Of a stretch of DNA of 64,000 bases, positions 50,098 to 59,303 are shown piece after piece; the first letter of the stretch is position 1; each line of letters starts with the position of its first letter. The stretch lies in contig CAXXSR010000001.1 in assembly GCA_963662615.2 (NCBI GenBank), positions 1,280,001 through 1,344,000 on the forward strand, in the 5' to 3' direction. Under the pieces are notes generated by a model, which was not told the origin of the DNA, made no database searches, and was given only the letters and a program-made list of their open reading frames with translations. A program made the position numbers and the translations under genes. The stretch is from Dehalococcoidia bacterium. Its GTDB lineage: Bacteria; Chloroflexota; Dehalococcoidia; Bin125.

Positions 50098-51039
50098 CTA
50101 TGTCGCGGGCGCCACACCCTGCCGCCGCAGAAACTCCAGCAACAACCGATTGCACTCGTCCGGCCGCTCCTGCTGCACCCAGTGCGACGTGTCAGGCAGG
50201 TACCTGATCTCGAACGGCCCGGCGAAGAACTCCTCCATGCCCTGCGTCAGCTCCACGCCTAGCGCCGTATCCTCTTCCCCCCAGATTGCCAGCGTCGGCA
50301 TGTGCAGCAAGGGGAATACCCGCCCCTGGCCCGCCAAGATGGCGGGCCCCATCCCGCTGCGGAAGAGGGCGCGGTAGTAGTTGAGCGCCGCGGTCAGCGC
50401 GCCGCGCTTCGCTGCCGCCTCCTGAAACCGACGCACGTCTTCGTCACTGAAAGCCTCCTTCCTCACCGCCGTCCCACGCAGGACGCTCGCCAAGGTGCGG
50501 TAGTTGCCCCGGGAGAGGACGAACTCCGGCAGCCAGGGAATCTGAAAGAAGAACATGTACCAGGATCGGCGCAGCTGCCTGACGTTGAGCCGCCAGCCCC
50601 GCCGCATGTTCTGAGCGAAGGCGCCGGGGTGTGGCGCGTTCATGACGATCAGCGCCCGCACGACCTCCGGTCGCATGAAGGCGAGCTGGAAGGCAACAAT
50701 CCCGCCCCAGTCGTGCCCAACGACCACCGCCTCCGTCTCGCCGAAATGCTCGATCAGCGCCCGCACGTCCCGCGCCAGCCGCTCCAAGCGGTACGCGCCC
50801 ACGCCCCTGGGCTTACTGGAGTCGTTGTAGCCGCGCAGGTCGGGTGCCACGACGTGGTAGCCCGCCGCTGCCATTGCCGGGATCTGGTGGCGCCAGGAGT
50901 ACCAGAATTCGGGAAAGCCGTGCAGCAACACCATCAGCGGGCGCCTGCCTACCCCGCCCGGCCGCTGCTCCACGAAGTGCAGGCGAACGCCCGGCTCCAC
51001 CTCGGCGTCGCCATGCGTCCAGCTCTCCGCAACCGTCAT
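50098..51039 (-). CDS. Alpha/beta hydrolase (epoxide hydrolase-like)
   Basis: LHGFPEFWYSW, GHDWGG, LNYYR, WGEED, SHWVQQE. Confidence 0.92.
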   Translation of the reverse strand: MTVAESWTHGDAEVEPGVRLHFVEQRPGGVGRRPLMVLLHGFPEFWYSWRHQIPAMAAAGYHVVAPDLRGYNDSSKPRGVGAYRLERLARDVRALIEHFGETEAVVVGHDWGGIVAFQLAFMRPEVVRALIVMNAPHPGAFAQNMRRGWRLNVRQLRRSWYMFFFQIPWLPEFVLSRGNYRTLASVLRGTAVRKEAFSDEDVRRFQEAAAKRGALTAALNYYRALFRSGMGPAILAGQGRVFPLLHMPTLAIWGEEDTALGVELTQGMEEFFAGPFEIRYLPDTSHWVQQERPDECNRLLLEFLRRQGVAPAT

Positions 51040-51120
51040 GACCCGTCCGCGGTTGCGCCTCCGTCCTCACCTTTCGGAAGGACGCCGCTCCCCGCCCATG
51101 CGGCTCGCACTCGGCGCCGT

Positions 51121-52392
51121 CTAGGGGTTGAGCCAGACGAGCGGATCTTGGGACGCTCCGCCCATGAAAATCTCGAAGTGCAGGTGCGCGCCGGTCGAAT
51201 ATCCGGTGCTGCCCACGAAGCCGATCAGGTCGCCCGCCTCCACGTACTCGCCCAAGAACACGTCGATGTGGCTCATATGGGCGTAGCGCGTCACCACGCC
51301 TCCCCCATGGTCCACCAGCACCGCCTGTCCGAAGCCGCCGTCCCAGCCGGCCTGCACGACCACCCCGGGCGCGGCCGCGCCAATGAACGTCCCGGTGGGC
51401 GCACAAACGTCGATGCCGGTGTGGTAGCCGTAGCGATTCCCCCGCGGCGTGCCGTAGAAGTCGCACATAATCCCGCCAATCGGCCAGCGGAACTCGGGGA
51501 TCGCGTAGACCGGGCCGGCCGCCCCGAACCCGAAGGCAACGGAGGCGCTGCCCCCGACCAGCAGAATCGTCGAGCCCTCCACGAAATGGTCCGGGCTCTC
51601 CAGCCCGTTCCCCTCGAACGCGAGGACGTCGTCAACCTCGGCTGCGTAGTTCTCCGCAATGCCGAAAAGGGTGTCGCCTAGCAGCACCGTGTACACCACC
51701 CCGTCCCGCGCCGGGATCGTCAGTTGCGCCCCCGATTCCAGAAAGTCCGGGTTGCGGATCTCCCAGTTGTTAAACAAGATCGACTCAGCTTGCAGACCAA
51801 AGCGACGCGCCAGCTTCTCCACGCTGTCGCCGCGCTGCACTTCGTAGGGGAACGAGGGAGGCAACGGCGTGCCCGGCGCCAGCCCCAGACGGACCAGCAA
51901 GGCCGATTCCGATAACGTTTCCTCTATTTGAGCGGGCGGCTCCACACGCACCAACGCCGGGTTCGCCGCCACGGCAACCAGATTCTGCACCTGCGCGGCA
52001 GTGTGCAGCGGCTCCACCGCCAAGCGCGGCGCCTCTACGATGTCGGCCGCGAGATGGCTCGCGTACCGCCGCGCCGTCACGGTAGCCGGCGAATCGCTCC
52101 CGCTCGGGTGAAGGATCCCGACGTCGCGCAACTCCGTGATGTTGGCCGGAGCGCCGCTGCCGACCCCAGGCAGCACGACTTGCACGGCCAGCGAGGCCAC
52201 CACCACAGGCGGCGGCGGCTCTGGCAGCGCGCTGCTGTCGTCGGGGCGGAAGAGGGCGGCCAGCCCCGCCACCAGGGCCGCAATGAGCACTGCCGCCACC
52301 GACAGCTCGTGGAAGTGGTGCCGTCTCCCGCCAACGTCAATCTCGGCGCCACGGCCCAACGTTCCCCGCAGCGGTACCGTTCGCCCGACCAT
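51121..52392 (-). CDS. LysM x2 plus M23 metallopeptidase
   Basis: YEVQRGDS, YTVLLGDTL, HTGID, YAHM, STGAHLHFE; N-terminal TM. Confidence 0.9.
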   Translation of the reverse strand: MVGRTVPLRGTLGRGAEIDVGGRRHHFHELSVAAVLIAALVAGLAALFRPDDSSALPEPPPPVVVASLAVQVVLPGVGSGAPANITELRDVGILHPSGSDSPATVTARRYASHLAADIVEAPRLAVEPLHTAAQVQNLVAVAANPALVRVEPPAQIEETLSESALLVRLGLAPGTPLPPSFPYEVQRGDSVEKLARRFGLQAESILFNNWEIRNPDFLESGAQLTIPARDGVVYTVLLGDTLFGIAENYAAEVDDVLAFEGNGLESPDHFVEGSTILLVGGSASVAFGFGAAGPVYAIPEFRWPIGGIMCDFYGTPRGNRYGYHTGIDVCAPTGTFIGAAAPGVVVQAGWDGGFGQAVLVDHGGGVVTRYAHMSHIDVFLGEYVEAGDLIGFVGSTGYSTGAHLHFEIFMGGASQDPLVWLNP

Positions 52393-52504
52393 CGGCGTGC
52401 GGCTCCTCCCCGCCGGAGTGTACGACGCCGAGCGCTTGACAGCAGCCCTCGCCAGGGTCGGTTGTGCGTTCCCTCACAAGGCGCATCGGGCGCGGCGGCC
52501 GATT

Positions 52505-52650
52505 TGATATACTGACGGTACCCGTGAGAAAGGGGGCTCAAATGCTTCGAGTTGCCATTCACGCTCTCTACGGAGTCCGTCAAACTCACAGATGAGCCCC
52601 AACTGGGGCAAAACTCTGACAGAACGCCCCCGCTCGGCGGGGGCGTTTTC
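52505..52650 (+). other. Putative small transcription unit with a 17-codon ORF (52542-52595)
   Basis: Extended -10 TGaTATACT, SD GAAAGGGGG, ORF MLRVAIHALYGVRQTHR, downstream terminator. Confidence 0.55.
52623..52650 (+). terminator. Intrinsic terminator
   Basis: AACGCCCCCGC-TCG-GCGGGGGCGTT followed by TTC. Confidence 0.75.
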
Positions 52651-52722
52651 GTTGCCAGTGTCTTCGTTGCCAGAGTGTTCGTTGCCAGAGTGTTCGTTGC
52701 CAGCGCCTTCGATACCGGCGTC
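52648..52722. repeat. 15-bp tandem repeat, four good copies and one degenerate
   Basis: TTCGTTGCCAGTGTC/TTCGTTGCCAGAGTG x2/TTCGTTGCCAGCGCC/TTCGATACCGGCGTC. Confidence 0.9.
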
Positions 52723-52812
52723 TCTCGCTCAAACGAAGCCCGCCAGGGCGAATGCGCAGCCTTGTGCGCTTGCGGACCCGTCGCGCCCTCCCTAGCCTCC
52801 TCGCCAACGCCC

Positions 52813-53631
52813 ATGAACAACGCCGCCTCGGGAGGCGAGCCCACCGATCCAAACGGCCACCTGCCCGATGTGCAGCGCGCCGTCGAGATCCTTCTGGCTG
52901 CACACCACTGCGCCGCCTTGACCGGAGCCGGCATCAGCGCCGAAAGCGGCGTCCCCACATTCCGCGGCAAGGACGGTCTCTGGACCAAGCAGGGCGAGCC
53001 ACCCCCCAACCAGTACCGCCTCTTCCAGGACGACCCGGCTGCCTGGTGGCGGCGCCTCCAAGCGCGCCGGGAGGATCCGGACGAACTGGCCACGGCGCTC
53101 GCCGAAGCCGTCCCCAACGACGCCCACTTCGCCCTGGCGGAGCTGGAGCGGCTCGGCGTCCTCAAGCACACCATCACGCAGAACGTCGACGGCCTCCACC
53201 GGCTGGCCGGCAGCGCCCGCCTCACCGAGATCCACGGCAACCGCGCCCTCTTGCGCTGTACCCGCTGCAACGACAGACGCCCGTTTGACGAGATCCCCGA
53301 AGCGCTGCCGCCCCACTGCGAGCGCTGCCACGGACTGCTCAAACCCGACACGGTCATGTTCGGCGAGCCCATCCCGCGGGACACCCTGGTCGCGGCCATG
53401 GCTGAAGCGGGCCGCGCCGACTGCATGCTCCTCATAGGCACCACAGCCCTCGTCTCGCCCGCCGCCGATCTCGCTTGGGAGGCGTACAGCCGCGGCGCTC
53501 CGTTGATCGAGATCAACCTCGATCCCACCGTCATCAGCGATCGCTGCGCCGTGGCCATCCACGGCAAAGCCGGCGAGATCCTGCCTCGCATCGTCGATCG
53601 CCTGAAACGCCGACTGCCCGCCGCGCCCTGA
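52813..53631 (+). CDS. cobB: NAD-dependent protein deacylase (sirtuin)
   Basis: TGAGISAESGVPTFRG, TQNVDGLH, EIHGN, two CxxC, LKPD.VMFGE. Confidence 0.93.
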   Translation: MNNAASGGEPTDPNGHLPDVQRAVEILLAAHHCAALTGAGISAESGVPTFRGKDGLWTKQGEPPPNQYRLFQDDPAAWWRRLQARREDPDELATALAEAVPNDAHFALAELERLGVLKHTITQNVDGLHRLAGSARLTEIHGNRALLRCTRCNDRRPFDEIPEALPPHCERCHGLLKPDTVMFGEPIPRDTLVAAMAEAGRADCMLLIGTTALVSPAADLAWEAYSRGAPLIEINLDPTVISDRCAVAIHGKAGEILPRIVDRLKRRLPAAP

Positions 53632-53649
53632 TGCACGACCTGCCACCAC

Positions 53650-53697
53650 CCCCATCCTCCTTGCGCCCCGTCCTCCTTGCGCCCCGTCCTCCCTGCG
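53650..53697. repeat. 16-bp intergenic tandem repeat x3
   Basis: CCCCATCCTCCTTGCG / CCCCGTCCTCCTTGCG / CCCCGTCCTCCCTGCG. Confidence 0.9.
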
Positions 53698-53825
53698 ATA
53701 GTCCCGTGCTCCAGCGCCGGCGCGCTCGGGCGGGAGTGCGCAGCCGCGTGGCGAAACTGGCCCGCCGCGCACGCCGCGCGTACAATCGTCCGCGGTCCAC
53801 GCCGACCTGGAAACTGAGGCGCATT

Positions 53826-54644
53826 GTGCGAGAGCCGGCCCTGGACGGCCACTGGGCGCTGATCCTCGGCGCCTCCAGCGGCTTCGGCGGCGCCACCGCC
53901 GTCAGACTTGCCGCTGCCGGCATGAACATCTGCGGCGTCCACCTGGACCGCCGCGCCACCTTGCCCAACGTCGATCGCATCAAGGCCGCCATTGAGCGCG
54001 ACCACGAACGCCAGGCCGCCTTCCACAACGTCAACGCCGCCGACGAGGCCAAGCGCAGCGACGTCTTGGACGACCTCCAACACCGCCTTGAGCAGCAAGA
54101 GAACAGGCCGCACGTCCGCATCGTCCTGCACTCGCTGGCCTTCGGCACCCTGGGTCGGTTCATCGCCCCCGACGATCAGCGCCAGGCGATCGGCCAGCGG
54201 CAGTTAGAGATGACCCTGGACGTCATGGCCAACACGCTCGTCTACTGGGTCCAGGATCTCGTGAGCCGCGACCTCTTGGGCCCGGGAAGCAAGATCTACG
54301 CGATGACCTCCTCCGGCGACCAGCGCGTCATCCCCCACTACGGCGCCGTCAGCGCCGCCAAAGCCGCCTTGGGGTCGCACATCCGCCAGCTCGCGGCGGA
54401 AATGGCGCCGCTCGGCATCGCCGCCAACGCCATCAAGGCCGGCGTGACCGCCACGCCGGCACTCGAGCGCATCCCCGGCGCCGACAAGCTCTTGGCCTTC
54501 GCGACCGACCACAACCCCAGCGGCCGCGTAACGACGCCCGAGGACGTGGCCGAGGCCATCGTCCGCCTCAGCATCGCCGACTCTCACTGGTTGACCGGCA
54601 ATACCATCAACGTCGATGGCGGTGAAGACATCGTCGTCGTCTAG
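53826..54644 (+). CDS. SDR oxidoreductase (enoyl-ACP reductase FabL-like)
   Basis: LILGASSGFG, YGAVSAAK (Yx6K), TGNTINVDGG. Confidence 0.85.
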   Translation: MREPALDGHWALILGASSGFGGATAVRLAAAGMNICGVHLDRRATLPNVDRIKAAIERDHERQAAFHNVNAADEAKRSDVLDDLQHRLEQQENRPHVRIVLHSLAFGTLGRFIAPDDQRQAIGQRQLEMTLDVMANTLVYWVQDLVSRDLLGPGSKIYAMTSSGDQRVIPHYGAVSAAKAALGSHIRQLAAEMAPLGIAANAIKAGVTATPALERIPGADKLLAFATDHNPSGRVTTPEDVAEAIVRLSIADSHWLTGNTINVDGGEDIVVV

Positions 54645-54667
54645 GCCCCCGGACGAAGTGTCGAACC

Positions 54668-55903
54668 ATGCCCCCACGCGCCCTCAACGGCATCCGCGTC
54701 GCCGATCTCTCCTGGATCGTCGCCGGCCCGCAATGTACCCGCGTCCTCGCCGACTTCGGCGCCGAGGTCATCCGGGTCGAAAATCCCCAGACGCTCGACT
54801 CGGTTCGCCTCAGCCGTCCCCACCCGCAGGGCCTGGATCCGCCCGACTCCTCCGGCCTCTTCAACCTCTTCAACCGCAACAAGCGGTCGATCACTCTCAA
54901 TGCCCGCCACCCCGATGGCCTTGCCGCGCTCAAGCGCCTCATCGCGATCTCCGACATCGTGGTGGAGAACTTCTCCTCACGCGTGCTGGAAAGCTGGGGC
55001 TTGGGCTATCCAGAACTGCGCGCCATTCGCAGCGACATCATCTACGTCTCCCTCTCCGGCTTCGGCCACAGCGGCCGCAACCGCGACTACACGACCTGGG
55101 GCCCCACGGCCCAGGCCCTCAGCGGCCTCACCGTGATGTCCGGCCTGCCCGACAAGCCGCCGGCCGGCTGGGGCTACTCCTACATGGACCACACCGCGGG
55201 CTACTCCGCCGCCATCGCCACCCTGGCAGCCCTGCGCCACCGCGGGCGCACCGGCGAGGGCCAGCACATCGACCTCTCCCAGGTGGAGGCGGGCATGGTC
55301 CTCTGCGGCCCCGCCATCCTGGACTACACTGCCAACGGCCGTTCCTACCGACGCGCCGGCAACCCGCCCGGCAACCGCGCCGCCTGGCCCAAAGCGGCGC
55401 CCCACAACTCCTATCGCTGCGCCGGCGAAGATGCCTGGATCGTGATCACCTGCCTGACCCACACCCAATGGCGGGCGCTCTGCACCGTGCTCGCCCACCC
55501 TGAATGGCTCCAAGACCCCCGCTTCGCCACCTTGCCCAGCCGACTGCGCAATCAGGACGCCCTGGACACGCTCATTGAGGGCTGGACGACCGGGCGCGAT
55601 CCCCGTGCCGCCATGCAGGCGCTGCAAGCGAACGGCGTTCCCGCCGGCATGGTCCAGAACGGTCCCGCCATTGCCCGGGACGACCCCCAAATGCGCGCCC
55701 GCGGCTTCACCGCGCGCAACGTTCACGCCGTCCTGGGCGACCACCTCACCGACGGCACGCCCGCCCACCTGAGCCGGACCCCGGCGCGGCGCGACGCCGC
55801 CGCGCCCCTGCTGGGGCAGGACAACGCCTACGTCTACCGCCGCCTCCTGGGCTACAGCGAGGAGGGACTGCGCGAGTTAGAAGCGGCGGGCGCATTGGGA
55901 TGA
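54668..55903 (+). CDS. Class III (CaiB/BaiF) CoA-transferase, catalytic-Asp subunit
   Basis: AGPQC, GAEVIRVE, NRNKRSITL, VENF, SGFG, YMDHTAG, APLLGQ. Confidence 0.92.
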   Translation: MPPRALNGIRVADLSWIVAGPQCTRVLADFGAEVIRVENPQTLDSVRLSRPHPQGLDPPDSSGLFNLFNRNKRSITLNARHPDGLAALKRLIAISDIVVENFSSRVLESWGLGYPELRAIRSDIIYVSLSGFGHSGRNRDYTTWGPTAQALSGLTVMSGLPDKPPAGWGYSYMDHTAGYSAAIATLAALRHRGRTGEGQHIDLSQVEAGMVLCGPAILDYTANGRSYRRAGNPPGNRAAWPKAAPHNSYRCAGEDAWIVITCLTHTQWRALCTVLAHPEWLQDPRFATLPSRLRNQDALDTLIEGWTTGRDPRAAMQALQANGVPAGMVQNGPAIARDDPQMRARGFTARNVHAVLGDHLTDGTPAHLSRTPARRDAAAPLLGQDNAYVYRRLLGYSEEGLRELEAAGALG

Positions 55904-57150
55904 GCGGCGCTCTTGACGGCATCCGCGTCCTTGACCTCTGCGACCCCAAAGGCCAGTACATCGGTCGCCTGCTCGCCAATCTCGGCGCCGACGTCATCAA
56001 GATCGAGCCACCTCGCGGCGATGCCGCCCGCCGCATCGGCCCCTTCCTGGACGATGTTCCACATCCTGAACGCTCCCTTTTCTGGTGGTATTACAACGCC
56101 GGCAAGTGCTCGCTCGCCCTGGACATCTTTCAGCCGGACGGCGCCGCGCTCGTCCGGCGGCTCGCGGCCTCGGCGCGGATCGTCCTGGAGTCGTTCACGC
56201 CGGGCGTCCTCGCCCCGCTCGGGCTCGACTACGCCTCCTTGGCGGCGCCCCACGCCGATCTCGTCATGACCAGCCTCACGCCCTTCGGCCGGTCCGGCCC
56301 CTGGGCCCGCTGGGCCTGGTCCGACGCCGTCGCGCTCGCGCTGGGCGGGCCCATGTCCATGTGTGGCTACGACGACGTCCCCGGCGCGCCTCCCATTCGT
56401 GGCACCGAACATCAGGCCTTTCACATCGGCTCGCACTACGCCGCCATCGGCACGCTCCTGGCGCTCTTCCACTGCGATCGTACCGGGGAGGGACAACACG
56501 TCGATGTCTCCGTCCACGAGGCCTGCGCCTGCACGATTGAGGCGGGCATGCCCTACGCCCTCCTTCAGGGCCGCTCCCTGCACCGCCACACCGGCCGCCA
56601 CGCCGGCCCCGACCCAACCGAGCCCTGGCAGTACCCCACCGCCGATGGCCGGCTGATCAACCTCATGGGCATGCCCCGCAGCGACGCCGACTGGATCGCC
56701 ATCGTTGACTGGATCGGCGAGCAGGGCCTGGTGGGCAACCTTCGCGACCCCGAACTCCGGGACGCGGGCAAGCGCCGCTTGGGTCTCAGTCAGGAGTCGG
56801 CGCGACAGATGCTCGCCGACCTCGCCCGCTTCGTCGCCGCCACGCCCGCACTCGCGGTCTACCACGGCGGACAGAGTCGCGGCGCGGCCTGGAGCGTCGT
56901 CCGCTCACCGGAGGAGAATCTGGCCGACCCGCATTGGCTAGACCGCGGCTTTTTCGTCGATGTCGAGCATGACGATCTGGGGCGCTCCATCACCTACCCC
57001 GGCGCCCCCTACCAGCTCAGCGCCACCCCCTGGGAGCAACGGGGCCGCGCTCCCCACCTCGGCCAGCACACCGCCGCCATCCTCACCCGCGACCTGGGCC
57101 TGACCTCTCCAGAGCTAACGGCGCTGGCGGCCGCTGGAATCATCGCCTGA
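55900..57150 (+). CDS. Class III CoA-transferase-like second subunit
   Basis: GADVIKIEPP.GD, YNAGK.S, TPFG..GP, APHLGQHT; 4-bp overlap with the previous gene. Confidence 0.88.
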   Translation: MSGALDGIRVLDLCDPKGQYIGRLLANLGADVIKIEPPRGDAARRIGPFLDDVPHPERSLFWWYYNAGKCSLALDIFQPDGAALVRRLAASARIVLESFTPGVLAPLGLDYASLAAPHADLVMTSLTPFGRSGPWARWAWSDAVALALGGPMSMCGYDDVPGAPPIRGTEHQAFHIGSHYAAIGTLLALFHCDRTGEGQHVDVSVHEACACTIEAGMPYALLQGRSLHRHTGRHAGPDPTEPWQYPTADGRLINLMGMPRSDADWIAIVDWIGEQGLVGNLRDPELRDAGKRRLGLSQESARQMLADLARFVAATPALAVYHGGQSRGAAWSVVRSPEENLADPHWLDRGFFVDVEHDDLGRSITYPGAPYQLSATPWEQRGRAPHLGQHTAAILTRDLGLTSPELTALAAAGIIA

Positions 57151-57243
57151 GCCGCTGTCGGGCCCGCCCGCTTTCGCAGCGGGCGCCGAAGGTATTCCCC
57201 TTGCGCATCCGACCGCGCGCCCACTAGGTCACAAGCCCCTAGC

Positions 57244-58572
57244 ATGAGAAGAGCGATGTCCGACCGCAAACCCCGCCGTCGCCGACGCCGCCGACGTTCC
57301 CGCGGTCAGGCGGCGAACCCGCCACCCGCGCAAGACAGCGGCGATTCCGCACCACCGCCCAGCGACGATTCCGATGCAGAACCCGCTGCCGCCGGCAGGC
57401 GTGGCGCCCGCGGCGACGGCAAGCGGCGGGCCCGTCCCCAAACCGTTTGGGGCATCCCCCGCACCATGTTCATGATCGGCATCGGCCTTATCTTTATGAC
57501 CATCGTCGTCTTCATCCTCCCGGAGATCGTCTCATCCAGCGACGATGATGACCGCATCGAGTTCACCAAACTGCGTCAGTTCCCCGACCAAGGCCGCCGC
57601 CATCTCACTGCGGGCGCAACATTCGACAGCTACAACAGCTTCCCGCCCACCTCGGGCCCGCAAGCGGAGGAGGGCAGCCCTCCCGGGATTTACGGGCCCG
57701 ACGAGCCGGCGCCGTTCGACGTTCCGCCGGCGCCGGCGGAGTTCCTGCCGCTCCTGGAGCTGGGCGGACTGGTCTTCTACTACGACCCCGGCGCCCTCCC
57801 CTCATCGGACGCGGAGGAGTTGCGCGCATTTGTGGCGGCCCAGCTCGACTTGGGTCGTAACGTGGCGCTCGCGCCAATCGAGCAACTCGCGCAACGGATC
57901 AAGCCGGCGGAAGCAAGTGCGCCCATCATTGCGGCAGCCTGGCGGCACCATCTCCTCATCCAGGCCCTGGACGAAGAAGGCGCCCCTATCCCAGGCCTGG
58001 ACGACGCGGGCGCCGAGCAGCTACGCGCCTTCGCCGCTCCCGACCCCGACGGCTACTATGAGCGCTTCATCCTCGATCCCACCGCGCGAGAGGCCGCCCT
58101 CCGCGCTCCCCCAACCGCCTTCAGCGACCGCCGCCTGCGGAGGTTCGATGACGAGCTAACCGCCGCCGATCAGCAGCACCTGCCGCCGGGAGAGCCCATC
58201 TCGTACCCTGCTTCGCCGCCCTACGGCGGCTCTCACTGGGAGATCCCGACCCCCTGCGGCGTCTATGCCGAGCAGCAGGCCTTCGAGGGCCTGGTCCACA
58301 CCATGGAGCACGGCGCCGTCATCATCTACTACCAGCCCGACGTCTTTAGTCCCGACGAAGTCAACGAACTCCGCACCCTGGTGCTTGACCTTCTTGCTGA
58401 CGATAGGCGCATCATCCTCACGCCGAACCAGGACATCTCCTCGCCCCTCACCCTCACCGCTTGGGGCGCCATCTTGGAGCTCGACCGCTTGGAGGAGGAA
58501 ACCGTCCCTGGCTTCGTCAACGCCTTCGAGAATCGTGGGCCGGAGCGCTTCTCGCGCGAGCAGGCCTGTTGA
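57244..58572 (+). CDS. Membrane-anchored protein with two DUF3105-like domains
   Basis: Arg-rich N-terminus, TM helix, YNSFPPTSGP domain, then PPYGGSHW..VHTMEHGAV..LTAWG domain. Confidence 0.8.
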   Translation: MRRAMSDRKPRRRRRRRRSRGQAANPPPAQDSGDSAPPPSDDSDAEPAAAGRRGARGDGKRRARPQTVWGIPRTMFMIGIGLIFMTIVVFILPEIVSSSDDDDRIEFTKLRQFPDQGRRHLTAGATFDSYNSFPPTSGPQAEEGSPPGIYGPDEPAPFDVPPAPAEFLPLLELGGLVFYYDPGALPSSDAEELRAFVAAQLDLGRNVALAPIEQLAQRIKPAEASAPIIAAAWRHHLLIQALDEEGAPIPGLDDAGAEQLRAFAAPDPDGYYERFILDPTAREAALRAPPTAFSDRRLRRFDDELTAADQQHLPPGEPISYPASPPYGGSHWEIPTPCGVYAEQQAFEGLVHTMEHGAVIIYYQPDVFSPDEVNELRTLVLDLLADDRRIILTPNQDISSPLTLTAWGAILELDRLEEETVPGFVNAFENRGPERFSREQAC

Positions 58573-58659
58573 GTACACGAGGCCTGCAGGTAGGCTCGTA
58601 GAGGAGGGGCGTCGGACCCCCCAGCTAAGGGAGGCCCCTCAACCAAGGGAGACGATGAG

Positions 58660-59232
58660 ATGATGGGAGTTGTGACGCGCGCGTTCACTCGCCGCCGGGC
58701 TTGGCTGAGCATGGCGACCGCCGCCGCCGCCGCCGCCCTCATCGCCGCCGCTTGCGGCGGTGGCGGCGGCGGATCGGACTTCGAACACCCCCGGCTTCTC
58801 CGCTTCGAGGACGAACGGGTCACATCGGGCCAGCCTCATGCGGAACCCGGCACGCCCATCTCCTATCCCAGCACGCCTCCCTACGCCGGTCCGCACTGGT
58901 CCACCCCCAGGCCCTGTCGCGTCTACCAGGAGCAGCAAGCCTTCGAAGGCCTGGTCCACACCATGGAGCACGGCGGCGTCATCATCTACTTCCAGCCCGA
59001 CGTCTTCGCCTCCGACGAAGTCAACGAACTCCGCACTGTGGCCCTGGATCTCCTCAACGACAACAAGCGCATCGTCCTCACGCCCCACCGCGATATTCAG
59101 TCGCGCATCGTCTTGGCGGCCTGGGGCGTGCTCCTCCCGCTGGATGATTTCGACGAGACCATCATCCGCGACTTCACCGACACATTCGAGAACGAAGGCC
59201 CGGAGAAGATCCCCCGCTCGAATGCCTGCTAG
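58660..59232 (+). CDS. DUF3105-like lipoprotein
   Basis: RRR plus hydrophobic stretch and IAAAC lipobox; PPYAGPHW, VHTMEHGG, LAAWG. Confidence 0.82.
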   Translation: MMGVVTRAFTRRRAWLSMATAAAAAALIAAACGGGGGGSDFEHPRLLRFEDERVTSGQPHAEPGTPISYPSTPPYAGPHWSTPRPCRVYQEQQAFEGLVHTMEHGGVIIYFQPDVFASDEVNELRTVALDLLNDNKRIVLTPHRDIQSRIVLAAWGVLLPLDDFDETIIRDFTDTFENEGPEKIPRSNAC

Positions 59233-59303
59233 CATCACCCCCCGGACCGGGGCCATAGGGCTTCGGCTGCGCGACCGCTACTCTCGCCGTCAAGGAGCCG
59301 TGC

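Noticed and set aside
52532-52556. tmRNA 5' end (GGGGGCTCAAATGCTTCGAG)
   Set aside because: Only superficial similarity; no tRNA-like 3' end with T arm and CCA, and the unit is too short.
52400-52650. c-di-AMP (ydaO) riboswitch upstream of the LysM-M23 gene
   Set aside because: The minus strand lacks the conserved GCTGAATC, GGGGTGAA and TCAGCTAAC elements.
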